Below are positions 29,465 through 38,934 of a DNA stretch of 64,000 bases, in pieces (the stretch's first letter is position 1; each line of letters starts with the position of its first letter). The translations under genes were made by a program, and so were the position numbers. Below the pieces are notes generated by a model. That model worked only from the letters and a program-made list of their open reading frames with translations. It had not been told where the DNA came from and searched no databases. Source of the DNA: Planctomycetota bacterium (lineage in GTDB: Bacteria; Planctomycetota; UBA1135; UBA2386); assembly GCA_046290465.1 (NCBI GenBank), contig JBKAGP010000001.1, forward strand, positions 4,768,001 to 4,832,000, read 5' to 3'.

Positions 29465-31252
29465 ATGAAGAAGGCCGCGCTGTGCGCGCTGACCCTGTCG
29501 CTCTCGTGCCTGCTCGCTGCGCAGCAGCGGGATCCTCTGTTCGGTACCGTGCTCGGTGACGACGGCGCGCCGATCGCGGGCGCCACGGTGACGATCGTCG
29601 AGGACGACGTCGATCTGGTCGGCATCGACCCGGTCGACGTGATCACCGTCACCGCCGACAAGCGGGGGCGCTTTGCGGCGCAGGCGCTCCGTGGCGTGCG
29701 CTACTCGGCGTTTGCGGTCGGGCCGGTCGTCGACGGGCGGGCCAGGGTCGGCAAGGCGGTGGCCGACCTCGCGTGCGGCATGCAGGTCGAGCTGCTCGCG
29801 GACTTCACCGGCCATGCGCGGCGGGTGCAGCTGCCGTCGGTCGCGGCGTGGGGCGACCGCGACGACCTGCGTGTGCGGCTGCGTTGGGACCACTGCCCGG
29901 GCCACGTCGTCGATCTGCCGATCGACGAGCGGGGGGGCGTCGACGTGCCGGTCGCGAGCGTCACGGCCGCGGCGTTCCTGGTCGACACGTCCGGGGCTCG
30001 GCTCGGCCGCGTCTGGATTCCGCCGGACCCCGATCGTGGCGAGGCCGTCGTGCCGGAGCGGCGCGTCGTGCCGGTCGAGGTCGTCGACGCGACCGGGCAG
30101 CCGGTGGTCGGTGCCAGGGTCACGCACATCGGCCGGGAGAGCCATCAGGACGCGTGGGGGCTGGTCGTCTACGAGCACTTCCGCGGGGCCTCGGCGACGA
30201 CCGACGCCAGCGGCCGCGCCGGCATCGGCGTCGAGATGTGGAGCGATCCGTTCGCGCAGAAGCCCGACACGTATGTGTTCGTCGCGCACCAGGCCGGCTT
30301 CGGCGAAGGCGCATCTGGCTGGCTCCATCACGAGGCGTTCGTCGACCACGAGGTCGTCGAACGTCACCAGAAGGGCCGGCTGCGCATCACGATGCCCGAG
30401 GCCTCCCAATACGAGGTCGAGCCGCTGCCGACGGCGTTGCGCGGTCGCGAGCTGCGGTTGTTCGCGGCCGGCTACGTGACGCAGAACCAGGGTGGCTTCA
30501 ACATGCACCACTACCTGTTCCGCGACCATGCGATGCAGGTCGCGGCGGACGGCGCGTGGACGATCGCCGCGCCGATGGCTCGCAGCGATCGGTTCGTGCT
30601 GCGCGTTCCGCCGATCGACGGCCGGCCGGTGCTGTTGCTACCCGCCGCCACGCCCAACGTGCTGGCCGAACAGGATCGGCTCGAACCGCTGTCGGTCCGG
30701 CTGCGCGACGCGTCGGGTGGCCCCGCGGTCGGCGCGCAGGTGCTGGTGGTGCCGGACGACCCGCACACGCTCGACTTCGAGCACGCGGTGCGCCTGGTCA
30801 GTGACCAGGCCGGGCGCGTGCAGGCGCTGCTGCAGCAGGGGCGATGGAACCTGATCGCGATGACCGACACGGAGTGGATCGCGACCGGGCTGGAGCAGTG
30901 GCCGCCGCCAAAGGAGCTGCCGCTGCAGCTGCAGCCGAAGCCGTCGCGGGTCGTGCGCGTGCTCGACGGCGACGGCGCGCCGGTGCCGGGGGCGAAGTTC
31001 GAGCCCGGCAACTTCCGAACCGGACCCGGCGGGCGCGGCATCTCCGGTATCCTGAGCCAGCTCGGCTGGAACTCGGTCGGCCAGCACGTTCGCCGTGCGG
31101 TGACGGACGCCGATGGCCGGGCGACGCTGCGGTTCCTGCCGTGGCCGGGAACCGAGGTGAAGGTGTTTGCGTGGCGCGGCAACTTCCGCAACCGTACGGA
31201 CGACCACGCGCTGGCCGAAGGCGACGAGCCGCTGGTCCTGCGGTTGCGATGA
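29465..31252 (+). CDS. Secreted protein with carboxypeptidase-regulatory-like repeats
   Basis: Signal peptide MKKAALC; DDGAPIAGATV, DATGQPVVGARV, DGDGAPVPGA...TDADGR. Confidence 0.78.
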   Translation: MKKAALCALTLSLSCLLAAQQRDPLFGTVLGDDGAPIAGATVTIVEDDVDLVGIDPVDVITVTADKRGRFAAQALRGVRYSAFAVGPVVDGRARVGKAVADLACGMQVELLADFTGHARRVQLPSVAAWGDRDDLRVRLRWDHCPGHVVDLPIDERGGVDVPVASVTAAAFLVDTSGARLGRVWIPPDPDRGEAVVPERRVVPVEVVDATGQPVVGARVTHIGRESHQDAWGLVVYEHFRGASATTDASGRAGIGVEMWSDPFAQKPDTYVFVAHQAGFGEGASGWLHHEAFVDHEVVERHQKGRLRITMPEASQYEVEPLPTALRGRELRLFAAGYVTQNQGGFNMHHYLFRDHAMQVAADGAWTIAAPMARSDRFVLRVPPIDGRPVLLLPAATPNVLAEQDRLEPLSVRLRDASGGPAVGAQVLVVPDDPHTLDFEHAVRLVSDQAGRVQALLQQGRWNLIAMTDTEWIATGLEQWPPPKELPLQLQPKPSRVVRVLDGDGAPVPGAKFEPGNFRTGPGGRGISGILSQLGWNSVGQHVRRAVTDADGRATLRFLPWPGTEVKVFAWRGNFRNRTDDHALAEGDEPLVLRLR

Positions 31253-31295
31253 ACCACGTGCGCGCGGCGCCGTTGAAGCGGCCGCAATGGATGCG

Positions 31296-32465
31296 ATGAA
31301 GATGCGACCTTGGCAGCAGGTGGCCGTGGCGGCGGCGCTCGCGGCAGGCGTGCCGCTGCGCGGCCAGGATCTGGTCGAGGCCGTGCGCGCCGGCGATGCG
31401 GCCGCGGTCTCGGCCGCGGCCGATGCGGTCGATGCGCCGTCCGTCGGCGACGTCAACGGCCTGCTCGCCCTGCTGCAGGCGGGCAGTGCGGCCAAGGCGA
31501 CCGCGGCGCAGCGCGTCGCGGCCGAACTCGCGTTCTCGCTGATCGGGTGGTGGTCGCTGCAGGACGTCGATGTAGCCAGCGGCCTCTACGACCGCTTCGA
31601 GGCGCGGGACTGGCCCCGGCTCGACCAGCAACTGCTCGAACTCGCCGCGCTGGGCGGTGCCGACGGCACCGAGCGCGCGGCGCGGTTGCTCGGCAGTGAC
31701 GATCGTGGCAAGCGGCGGCAAGGCGCGCGCATGCTGCGGCTCGTGGGCGGCGACCGGGCGACGCTCGAGGCGGCGATCGCCGGCATGCTGGATGGCGACG
31801 ACGCCGAGTTCGTGCTCGGACTGGAGCTGGTCTGGGAGTTCGAGATCGCCTCCGAAGACCTGCGGCGCCGGCTCGAGCGACGCTACGAATCGTCCGCTTC
31901 GCACGCAGAACGTCTGCAGGTGCTGCGGGCGATGGTGCGTGGCGGTGGCTTCACGACCGCATGGCTGCTGGCGCAACGTGCCGAGCTGTCGGGGGACGCG
32001 CGGAAGCGTCTCGACTATTTCGTCGGCCAGGCCGCGGATCGCGTGTTCGCGCGCTGGCGGCGGGAGCAGGCCAAGATGACCGACGACGCGATGCTGGCCG
32101 TCGTGAACGGCTGGCTCGAGGCGCACGCGGCGACGGCGGTCGCCGGCGACGTGGCGGCGAAGGCGGCCGATCCGGTGGCGCTGCTCGCCGACCGCGCGGC
32201 GCAGCCGCTGGCGACCGCGCGCCGCTGGAGCGCGGTCCAGGGCGATGCCGGCGCGCTGCTGCTGCCGCGGCTGCTGGTCGGGTGGCTGCGGCCCGACCCG
32301 AGGATCGCCGGTGCCGACAGCTACGCAGCGGCGCTTGCGATCGAGATGCGCGCGGCCGACCGCGCTGGCGCGCACAGAAAGCTCGCCCTGCCGCTGCTGC
32401 AGTGGCTCGCGCCGCGGCGGCCGGCGTCGTTTCGCGCCTGGATTCGGCGCGCTACGGGACGGTGA
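31296..32465 (+). CDS. Secreted alpha-helical (HEAT-like) hypothetical protein
   Basis: Signal-like N-terminus, Ala/Leu-rich helices; start among 31287, 31296 and 31302. Confidence 0.6.
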   Translation: MKMRPWQQVAVAAALAAGVPLRGQDLVEAVRAGDAAAVSAAADAVDAPSVGDVNGLLALLQAGSAAKATAAQRVAAELAFSLIGWWSLQDVDVASGLYDRFEARDWPRLDQQLLELAALGGADGTERAARLLGSDDRGKRRQGARMLRLVGGDRATLEAAIAGMLDGDDAEFVLGLELVWEFEIASEDLRRRLERRYESSASHAERLQVLRAMVRGGGFTTAWLLAQRAELSGDARKRLDYFVGQAADRVFARWRREQAKMTDDAMLAVVNGWLEAHAATAVAGDVAAKAADPVALLADRAAQPLATARRWSAVQGDAGALLLPRLLVGWLRPDPRIAGADSYAAALAIEMRAADRAGAHRKLALPLLQWLAPRRPASFRAWIRRATGR

Positions 32466-32572
32466 TCGGCGAGGCCTGCAGAACACGCCGCGCACGACGA
32501 ACCTTGGTTCGGCGCGCTACTGGACGGTGATCGGCAGCGCCTTCGGGAACACCGTGCGCACGAACGAGAACC
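32443..32572. repeat. Imperfect ~65-bp tandem duplication spanning two convergent gene ends
   Basis: TTCGGCGCGCTAC(G/T)GGACGGTGATCGGC at 32443 and 32508 (27/28 identical), followed by gapped similarity. Confidence 0.8.
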
Positions 32573-34403
32573 GCGGGATGTCGAGCGTCACCGCCGTCGC
32601 GTAGAGCGTCGTGCCGGGCAGGCCGGGGACGACCGGCATGAACAGCGGCGACGATCCGGCGCCGTTGGCGTCGAGCACGCCGACCGAGTTGGGCAGCAGC
32701 TGGTTGCCGACCGACAGGGTCAGCGAGCACAGGCCGTCGAACCACAGCGGCAGGAACTTGTTGTCGGGCAGCGGCGTGACCGGGTTGTCCGAGAACGACA
32801 GCATCATCAGGTAGAGCAGGCCCTGGTCGCCCGGGATCGACACGTCGAGCGTGGTCGTCTGGCCCATCACGACGGGGCCGCCGACGGTCAGTTCGGGCTC
32901 GACCAGATCGACGATCTGGTTGGCCGGCACGTCGTGCAGGTACTGCACCTGGCCCGACGGCCAGCGAACGGTCACCAGGTCCGCCTGCGTCGCCTGGCCG
33001 AGGCCGAAGTTGAGGCGCGGGTCGGAGCTGCTCTGGTAGCCGACGCCGTTGCGCACCCACTGGCGCTGCACGTGGCTGCCGGTCTCGACGACGACGCGCG
33101 TGCCGAAGCCGTTGCGGTTGCTGACGCGTCCTTCGGCCGCGAACTTGATCCAGTTGCCGCCGACGACCTCGTTGCGATAGACGGCGGTGCCTTCGGGCGC
33201 CATCAGCGTCGGGAAGCCGGTGCTGAAGCGCTCGAGGATGTCGATGCGGCCGTCGTCGTCGAAGTCCGCCATCACGTTGGTGAACTGGAACGTGTCGTGG
33301 TCGAGGCCGAGCGTCGGCGCGACGTCGGTCCACGGCACCTGCGCGGCGGCCGGCTGTCGCGGGTTGCGGTAGAGCAGGTTGAACCAGCCGTTCTGCACGA
33401 CGTGCAGGTCCTGCCAGCCGTCGTTGTCGTAGTCGAGCCAGTTGCACGCCCAGCCGACCGCGCCGCCCTGCAGGCCGTAGGTGTAGGTCGCGTTGAGGTA
33501 GGCGTTGGTGTTGGGGTCCCAGAGCTGGAACAGGTGGTCGATCGGCAGGTCGGTCACGTAGAAGTCGACGCCGCCGTCGCAGAACACGTCGGTGAAGTCG
33601 ACGCCCATGCCGTCCACCGCGATGTTGGTGCCGGTCTGCACGCTGACGTCCGTGAACGTGCCGTCGCCGTTGTTCTCGTACAGCTCGTTGGGGCCGAACG
33701 TCAGGCCCTTGTCGTTGCACAGGATCAGGTCGACCCAGCCGTCCTCGTTGTAGTCCATCCACGCGCTGACGAGCGTCGGCCGGGCGCTGCCGACGCCGGC
33801 GATCGCGGTCGTGTCGAAGAACCAGCCGCCGCCCTGGTTGTGGAACAGGCGGTTGGCGTCCGGCTGGCCGGTCGTCGCGTCGGTGCGCACGCTGAGGTAG
33901 AGGTCGAGCCAGCCATCGTTGTCGTAGTCGCCGAAGGTGGCGCCGTAGACGCGGTCGTCGACGAGGATGCCGCGCATCTGGGCCTGTTCGGTGAACGTCA
34001 TGCCACCCTGGTTGACGAACAGCTGCGTGTTGGCGTCGTCGTTGCCGATCAGCAGGTCCTGGTCGCCGTCGTTGTCGATGTCGGCCGCGACGCAGCAGCG
34101 CACCTCGTTGCAGATGCCGAGCCCCGAAGCGGCCGACACGTCGGTGAACTGCATGCCGCCATCGTTGCGGAACAGGAAGAACGAGCCGCCGACGGGCGAT
34201 GGCACCAGCGCGTCGATGTCGCCGTCGCCGTCGAAGTCGGCCGCGCACAGGCCCGAGCCGTTGCCCATCGTGGCGTGCGGCACGGTCGAGATGCCGAGCG
34301 GTGCGCTCTGCTTGGTGAACTGCTGGCCGGGCAGCGTCGCGGCCAGGCACAGGCTGGCGCCGAGCATGGCGCCGGCGAGATCGGAGGTTGGGAGACGTTG
34401 CAT
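32517..34403 (-). CDS. CRTAC1/ASPIC-UnbV FG-GAP repeat protein with shared C-terminal domain
   Basis: DFDGDGDID, DYDNDGWLDLY repeats; LNFGLG...VRWPSG; start 34403 or 34367. Confidence 0.88.
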   Translation of the reverse strand: MQRLPTSDLAGAMLGASLCLAATLPGQQFTKQSAPLGISTVPHATMGNGSGLCAADFDGDGDIDALVPSPVGGSFFLFRNDGGMQFTDVSAASGLGICNEVRCCVAADIDNDGDQDLLIGNDDANTQLFVNQGGMTFTEQAQMRGILVDDRVYGATFGDYDNDGWLDLYLSVRTDATTGQPDANRLFHNQGGGWFFDTTAIAGVGSARPTLVSAWMDYNEDGWVDLILCNDKGLTFGPNELYENNGDGTFTDVSVQTGTNIAVDGMGVDFTDVFCDGGVDFYVTDLPIDHLFQLWDPNTNAYLNATYTYGLQGGAVGWACNWLDYDNDGWQDLHVVQNGWFNLLYRNPRQPAAAQVPWTDVAPTLGLDHDTFQFTNVMADFDDDGRIDILERFSTGFPTLMAPEGTAVYRNEVVGGNWIKFAAEGRVSNRNGFGTRVVVETGSHVQRQWVRNGVGYQSSSDPRLNFGLGQATQADLVTVRWPSGQVQYLHDVPANQIVDLVEPELTVGGPVVMGQTTTLDVSIPGDQGLLYLMMLSFSDNPVTPLPDNKFLPLWFDGLCSLTLSVGNQLLPNSVGVLDANGAGSSPLFMPVVPGLPGTTLYATAVTLDIPRFSFVRTVFPKALPITVQ

Positions 34404-34576
34404 GAGGCGGAGGCGCCGTCGCGAGCGGGCGCCAGGGCGAGGCTTCGCCGGAGAAGTGTAACGCGGATTCACCGGCGCACGCCGTTGCTGACGCGCGCGA
34501 CGCGCCGAGTGTTCCGTCGCAGCGAATGTCGGCCGCCGTCTCGTTGTGGGACCGCCTCGTCGCTACCGTGGCGCGC

Positions 34577-35944
34577 ATGAACGGCACTCCATGCACGTCT
34601 CGCCCGTTCCGCGCCGTCCTCGCTCTCGGACTGCTGTCGCTCGCCGCCGCGCGCGCGCAGGAAGCTGCCGACGCGCAGCCGGCGTGGATGCAGTTGTTCA
34701 ACGGCAAGGACCTCGTCGGCTGGACGCCGAAGATCAAGGGCTACGAGGTCGGCGAGAACTTCGGCAACACGTTCCGCGTGGTCGACGGCCTGCTGACGGT
34801 CTCCTACGACCAGTACGAAGGCGGCTTCCGCAGTCGCTTCGGCCACCTGTTCCACGAGATGGAGTTCGCCGACTACCGGCTGCGCGTCGAATACCGCTTC
34901 ACCGGTGAACAGATCCAGGGCGGCCCCGGCTGGGCCTGGGCCAACAGCGGCCTGATGCTGCACGGCCAGCCGGTCGCGACGATGCAGAAGGACCAGGACT
35001 TTCCGGTGTCGGTCGAGGTGCAGCTGCTCGGCGGTCGCGCCAAGGGGGAGCGGTCGACCATGAACCTGTGCACGCCCGGCACCAACGTCGTGCGCGACGG
35101 CAAGCTGTTCACGCAGCACTGCCTCAACTCGCGCTCGCAGACGTTTCGCGGGGACGTCTGGGTGACCGCCGAGGTCGAGGTGCGCGGGGACACGATCCGC
35201 CACTTCGTCGACGGCCACACGGTGCTGATGTACGACGACCCGCAGCTGGATCCGCGCGACGGCGACGCCAAGCGTCTGCTCGCGGACGGTCGCGGCAAGG
35301 CGCTGCGTCGCGGCACGATCTCGCTGCAGTCGGAGAGCCACCCGGTGCAGTTCCGCAAGGTCGAACTGCTGCCGCTCGAAGCGCCCGGGCAATGGCTCGA
35401 GCCGCTGTCGGCGGAGAGGCTCACGGACCACTTCGCGACCGAGGGCAACTGGAGCCTGCAGGACGGCGTCGCGACGCTGACGCCGAGCGAGGGCCAGCGC
35501 GGTTGGCAGCGCTACGGCCACTACCTCTGGCTCGAAGGCGACTACGCCGAGTTCGAGGCGGAGTTCGAGTATCGCCTGCAGGACAAGGGCAACAGCGGCT
35601 TCTACTTCCACGTCGGGGACCGCGCGCAGCCGGTCGGCACCGGCGTCGAGGTGCAGCTCTACGCGACGCCCGAAGGCAAGCAACGCCTGACCGACCACGA
35701 CGCTGGCGGCATCATCCCCGGCGGCCCGCCGAGCGAGAACGCCGCCAGCCCGGCACCGGCGTGGAACCGCATGCACGTTCGCTGCGAGGACGGCGAGATC
35801 CGCGTCACCCTGAACGGCCGCCTCGTGCACGTGATGCCGCTCGACCACGACGCCATCAAGGACCGCCCCGCCACCGGCGCGATCGGCTTCCAGGACCACT
35901 CGCTGCCCCTCGACCTGCGCCGCCTGCGCGTTCGCAAGCTCTAG
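34577..35944 (+). CDS. Tandem DUF1080 (3-keto-disaccharide hydrolase-like) protein, secreted
   Basis: LFNGKDLVGW, NSG, EVQL, SLQSESHPVQFR; second domain GNSG...GAIGFQDH. Confidence 0.88.
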   Translation: MNGTPCTSRPFRAVLALGLLSLAAARAQEAADAQPAWMQLFNGKDLVGWTPKIKGYEVGENFGNTFRVVDGLLTVSYDQYEGGFRSRFGHLFHEMEFADYRLRVEYRFTGEQIQGGPGWAWANSGLMLHGQPVATMQKDQDFPVSVEVQLLGGRAKGERSTMNLCTPGTNVVRDGKLFTQHCLNSRSQTFRGDVWVTAEVEVRGDTIRHFVDGHTVLMYDDPQLDPRDGDAKRLLADGRGKALRRGTISLQSESHPVQFRKVELLPLEAPGQWLEPLSAERLTDHFATEGNWSLQDGVATLTPSEGQRGWQRYGHYLWLEGDYAEFEAEFEYRLQDKGNSGFYFHVGDRAQPVGTGVEVQLYATPEGKQRLTDHDAGGIIPGGPPSENAASPAPAWNRMHVRCEDGEIRVTLNGRLVHVMPLDHDAIKDRPATGAIGFQDHSLPLDLRRLRVRKL

Positions 35945-35962
35945 CCCCGACGAAGTTCCCCG

Positions 35963-36034
35963 CAACCACCGCACGACCGGGCTCCTGCGCCGCGAAGCGG
36001 CGCAGGATGAACCCGGTTCGGTATGCGGTGGTTG
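35963..36034. repeat. REP-like palindrome, copy 3 (left arm eroded)
   Basis: Intact right arm GGCGCAGGATGAACCCGGTTCGGTATGCGGTG; left arm has deletions; between convergent genes. Confidence 0.85.
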
Positions 36035-36043
36035 GGTTTGCGA

Positions 36044-37702
36044 TCAGTCGTCGAAGGCGGTCTGGGCCTTTTCGAGGTCTTCGACGCTGCCGATGTCGAG
36101 CCAGCGGCCGGTCAGGGGCGTGGCTTCCAGCGGCAGGCGCTGCGAGAGCCAGGCGAGGAAGTGGCCGGGCGCGTCGGGGTTGCCCTCGTCGCTGAGGTAG
36201 TCCTTCACCAGTTCGGGCAGCGTCGGCGGCAGCAGGTAGACCGCGATCGCGGACCGGTCCGACTCCGGCTGCTGCGGCTTCTCGCGGAAGCGTGCGACGC
36301 GGTCGCCGTCGAGCAGCACCTCGCTGTAGCGGCCGGGCGGCACCGGGCTCGGCACCTGGCGCACGATCAGCTGGCCAGAGGACGCGACCCGGAACCGTTC
36401 GACCAGCTGCGACAGGTCGAAGTCGAACAGGTTGTCGCAGGCCATCACGAGGTAGCCGTCGATGCCGTCGGGTGGCGGCATGCGCTCGAGGGCCAGCATC
36501 AGGTCGCGGATCGCGCCGAGCCGCGTGTCGTTGCTCATCGCGCCGTCGTTGACGACGGTGATCGGCAGCGGCGCACGCGGCGAGCGTTCCCACGCCTCGA
36601 AGTCCGCGTGGAACTTGCCGTTGGTCACGACGACGCCGTCGACGACCGCGCCGGTCTTGACGACCTGCGAGACGATCCGGGTCAGCATTGGCTTGCCGTT
36701 GACCTCGAGCAGCGGCTTGGCCTGCTTCTCGGTCAGCGGGTAGAGGCGCGTCGCGAAGCCGGCGGCGAGGAACACCGCGCGGACCTGCGGCGACGGCGCC
36801 TCGACCTCGGGGCGCAGCGTTTCGCGCCTGGCGTCGCGGCAGGCCTGCTCGACCTGCTCGCGATGTTCGTCGTCGCGGCAGACCATCAGCACGCAGCCGC
36901 CCGAACCCGGCAGCTTGCACGCCGCACCGGCGTTGCGGCCGAGGTTGACGAGTTCGCGGTCGGCCTCCGCGATCGGGAACACGCGCGCGCGCAGTTCGAA
37001 GTTGCGGTCGATGCAGGCGCGGAACGCGTCGTGGTCGCCGGCGAGCAACGCTGCGCGGCCGGTGTCGGCGTTGCGCGCCAGCTCGTCCATGGTGGCGTGG
37101 ACCAGCTGGTCGCCGGCCTCGAACCGCGCGAACACCGGCCCGTGCACGTCGCCGGAGCTCTCGCCGGGCACGCCGTGCCACGCGAGCAGCAGCGGCGGCA
37201 GCAGCGCGGGATCGAGCCGCTGCGCGGCGCCCGCTTCGAACGGCCGCGCGAAGTCCATCACCAGCAGGCCGTCGTGCGCCTGCACCACGCGATCGAGCGG
37301 CCCGGCGCGGATGCCGAGCACTTCGTTCTCGACGTCGAAGGCGAGCTTCGCGATGCGGCGCGCGCCGAGCGGCAGGCCGAACCAGCGGCTCCACGCGCGG
37401 AAGGCGGCGATGACCAGCGCGCTCGAACCCGACAGCCCACCCTGGAACGGGATGTTGCTCCAGAACGTCAGCTCGAACGGTCGGCTGCCGCCGTCGATCC
37501 CGGCCTGCTCCAGTTCGCGCTGCATCAGCGACCACGACGCCTTGAACAGGTCGTTCGGGAACGTGCTCGCGTCCGCCTCGTCGAGGCGCACGGTTGCGGT
37601 CAGGCGGGCCACGCTGAAGCCGAGGCCTCGTCCACCGTATCTGTCGGACGGGTTGCCGAGCAGGCCGACGCGCGCCTGCGCGGTTGCGGTGAGGGAGCTC
37701 AT
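36044..37702 (-). CDS. Glucuronokinase-like GHMP kinase fused to a sugar-1-phosphate nucleotidyltransferase
   Basis: N-terminal ARVGLLGNPSD, NIPFQGGLSGSSAL, KLPGSGG; C-terminal LAAGFATRLYPLT...KPLL, FREKP, WLDIG. Confidence 0.88.
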   Translation of the reverse strand: MSSLTATAQARVGLLGNPSDRYGGRGLGFSVARLTATVRLDEADASTFPNDLFKASWSLMQRELEQAGIDGGSRPFELTFWSNIPFQGGLSGSSALVIAAFRAWSRWFGLPLGARRIAKLAFDVENEVLGIRAGPLDRVVQAHDGLLVMDFARPFEAGAAQRLDPALLPPLLLAWHGVPGESSGDVHGPVFARFEAGDQLVHATMDELARNADTGRAALLAGDHDAFRACIDRNFELRARVFPIAEADRELVNLGRNAGAACKLPGSGGCVLMVCRDDEHREQVEQACRDARRETLRPEVEAPSPQVRAVFLAAGFATRLYPLTEKQAKPLLEVNGKPMLTRIVSQVVKTGAVVDGVVVTNGKFHADFEAWERSPRAPLPITVVNDGAMSNDTRLGAIRDLMLALERMPPPDGIDGYLVMACDNLFDFDLSQLVERFRVASSGQLIVRQVPSPVPPGRYSEVLLDGDRVARFREKPQQPESDRSAIAVYLLPPTLPELVKDYLSDEGNPDAPGHFLAWLSQRLPLEATPLTGRWLDIGSVEDLEKAQTAFDD

Positions 37703-37749
37703 TGGGGCGGGCAGGATACCGCGCGATCCAGCGTCTACACTCTTTCGCC

Positions 37750-38928
37750 ATGAATCGCCCCCTCACCGTCGCCGTCGTCGGCACCGGGTTCCTCGCGCGC
37801 ACCCGCCTGACCTGCTGGCGCAAGGTCCACCACGCCAACGTCGAGACCGTGATGGTCTCGCGCGAACGCGACAAGGCCGAGCAGTTCGCGCGGGAGCACG
37901 GCGCGCACCGGGCCGCGTCGTTCGACGAGGCGATGGCCGATCCGTCGATCGCGCTGGTCGACCTGTGCGTGCCCAACCACGCGCACGCGCCGCTGTGCGA
38001 ACGTTCGGCCAAGGCCGGCAAGCACGTGCTGTGCACCAAGCCGCTGACCGCGTTCTGGGGGCAGGGCCTCGCCGACGGCGCGAGTGCCGACGAGGTCGCC
38101 GCGACCGACCGCAAGCAGATGCTCGATGCCGCAGTCGCCGATGCGACGACGATGGTCGATGCGTGCGCGCAGGCCGGCGTGCAGCTGTTCTACGGCGAGA
38201 ACTGGATCTTCGCGCCGACGATCGAACGCGCCGCGTCGCTGGCCGCGGCGTCGAAGGGTGTGGCGCTCGAGATGCGCGGCTGGGAGAGCCACTCCGGCTC
38301 GCACGCGTCCTACGCCCGCGATTGGCGCTTCGCCGGCGGCGGCGCGCTGCTGCGCCTCGGCGCGCACCCGATCGGCACGATGATCTGGTGGAAGCGCCGC
38401 GAAGGCCTGCGTCTGCGCGGCAAGCCGACCAACGTCGTCGCGGTCACCGCCGAGGTCGCCGACCTGTCGGCCGCGGTCGGGGACGCAGCGTGCGAGGTCG
38501 CCAAGGGCTGGGATCCGGTCGAGAACTGGGGCACCTGCGTGCTGCAGTTCGACGACGGCACGCGCGGCACCTGCTTCGGCAGCGACAACATGCTCGGCGG
38601 CATGCAGAGCCACCTGACCGTGCTGGCCAGCGACCACCGCTTCGAGTGCTCGCTGTCGCCGGTCGACACGCTCAAGTCGTATGCCGTGCACGAGGGCACG
38701 TTCGGCGACGAATACATGATGGAGAAGCTGCACGGCCAGGCCGGCTGGTCGACGCCGCTGCCCGACGAGCTGTGGCTGTCGGGCCAGCAGGGGCTGCTGC
38801 AGTCGGTGTCGGACCACCTGCGCGACGGCACGCGCTCGGACGTCGACGGCGACCTCGGCCGCGAGGTGGTGCGCGTCGTCTACGCGTCCTACGTCAGCGC
38901 CGTCGAGGGGCGGCGCGTCACGCTCTGA
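37750..38928 (+). CDS. Gfo/Idh/MocA oxidoreductase
   Basis: VAVVGTGF, CVPNHAH, GKHVLCTKPL, GGGALLRLGAHP. Confidence 0.9.
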   Translation: MNRPLTVAVVGTGFLARTRLTCWRKVHHANVETVMVSRERDKAEQFAREHGAHRAASFDEAMADPSIALVDLCVPNHAHAPLCERSAKAGKHVLCTKPLTAFWGQGLADGASADEVAATDRKQMLDAAVADATTMVDACAQAGVQLFYGENWIFAPTIERAASLAAASKGVALEMRGWESHSGSHASYARDWRFAGGGALLRLGAHPIGTMIWWKRREGLRLRGKPTNVVAVTAEVADLSAAVGDAACEVAKGWDPVENWGTCVLQFDDGTRGTCFGSDNMLGGMQSHLTVLASDHRFECSLSPVDTLKSYAVHEGTFGDEYMMEKLHGQAGWSTPLPDELWLSGQQGLLQSVSDHLRDGTRSDVDGDLGREVVRVVYASYVSAVEGRRVTL

Positions 38929-38934
38929 CGTTCG

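Noticed and set aside
32443..32572. Diversity-generating retroelement TR/VR pair
   Set aside because: Differences include indels and are not adenine-specific; no reverse transcriptase in the window.
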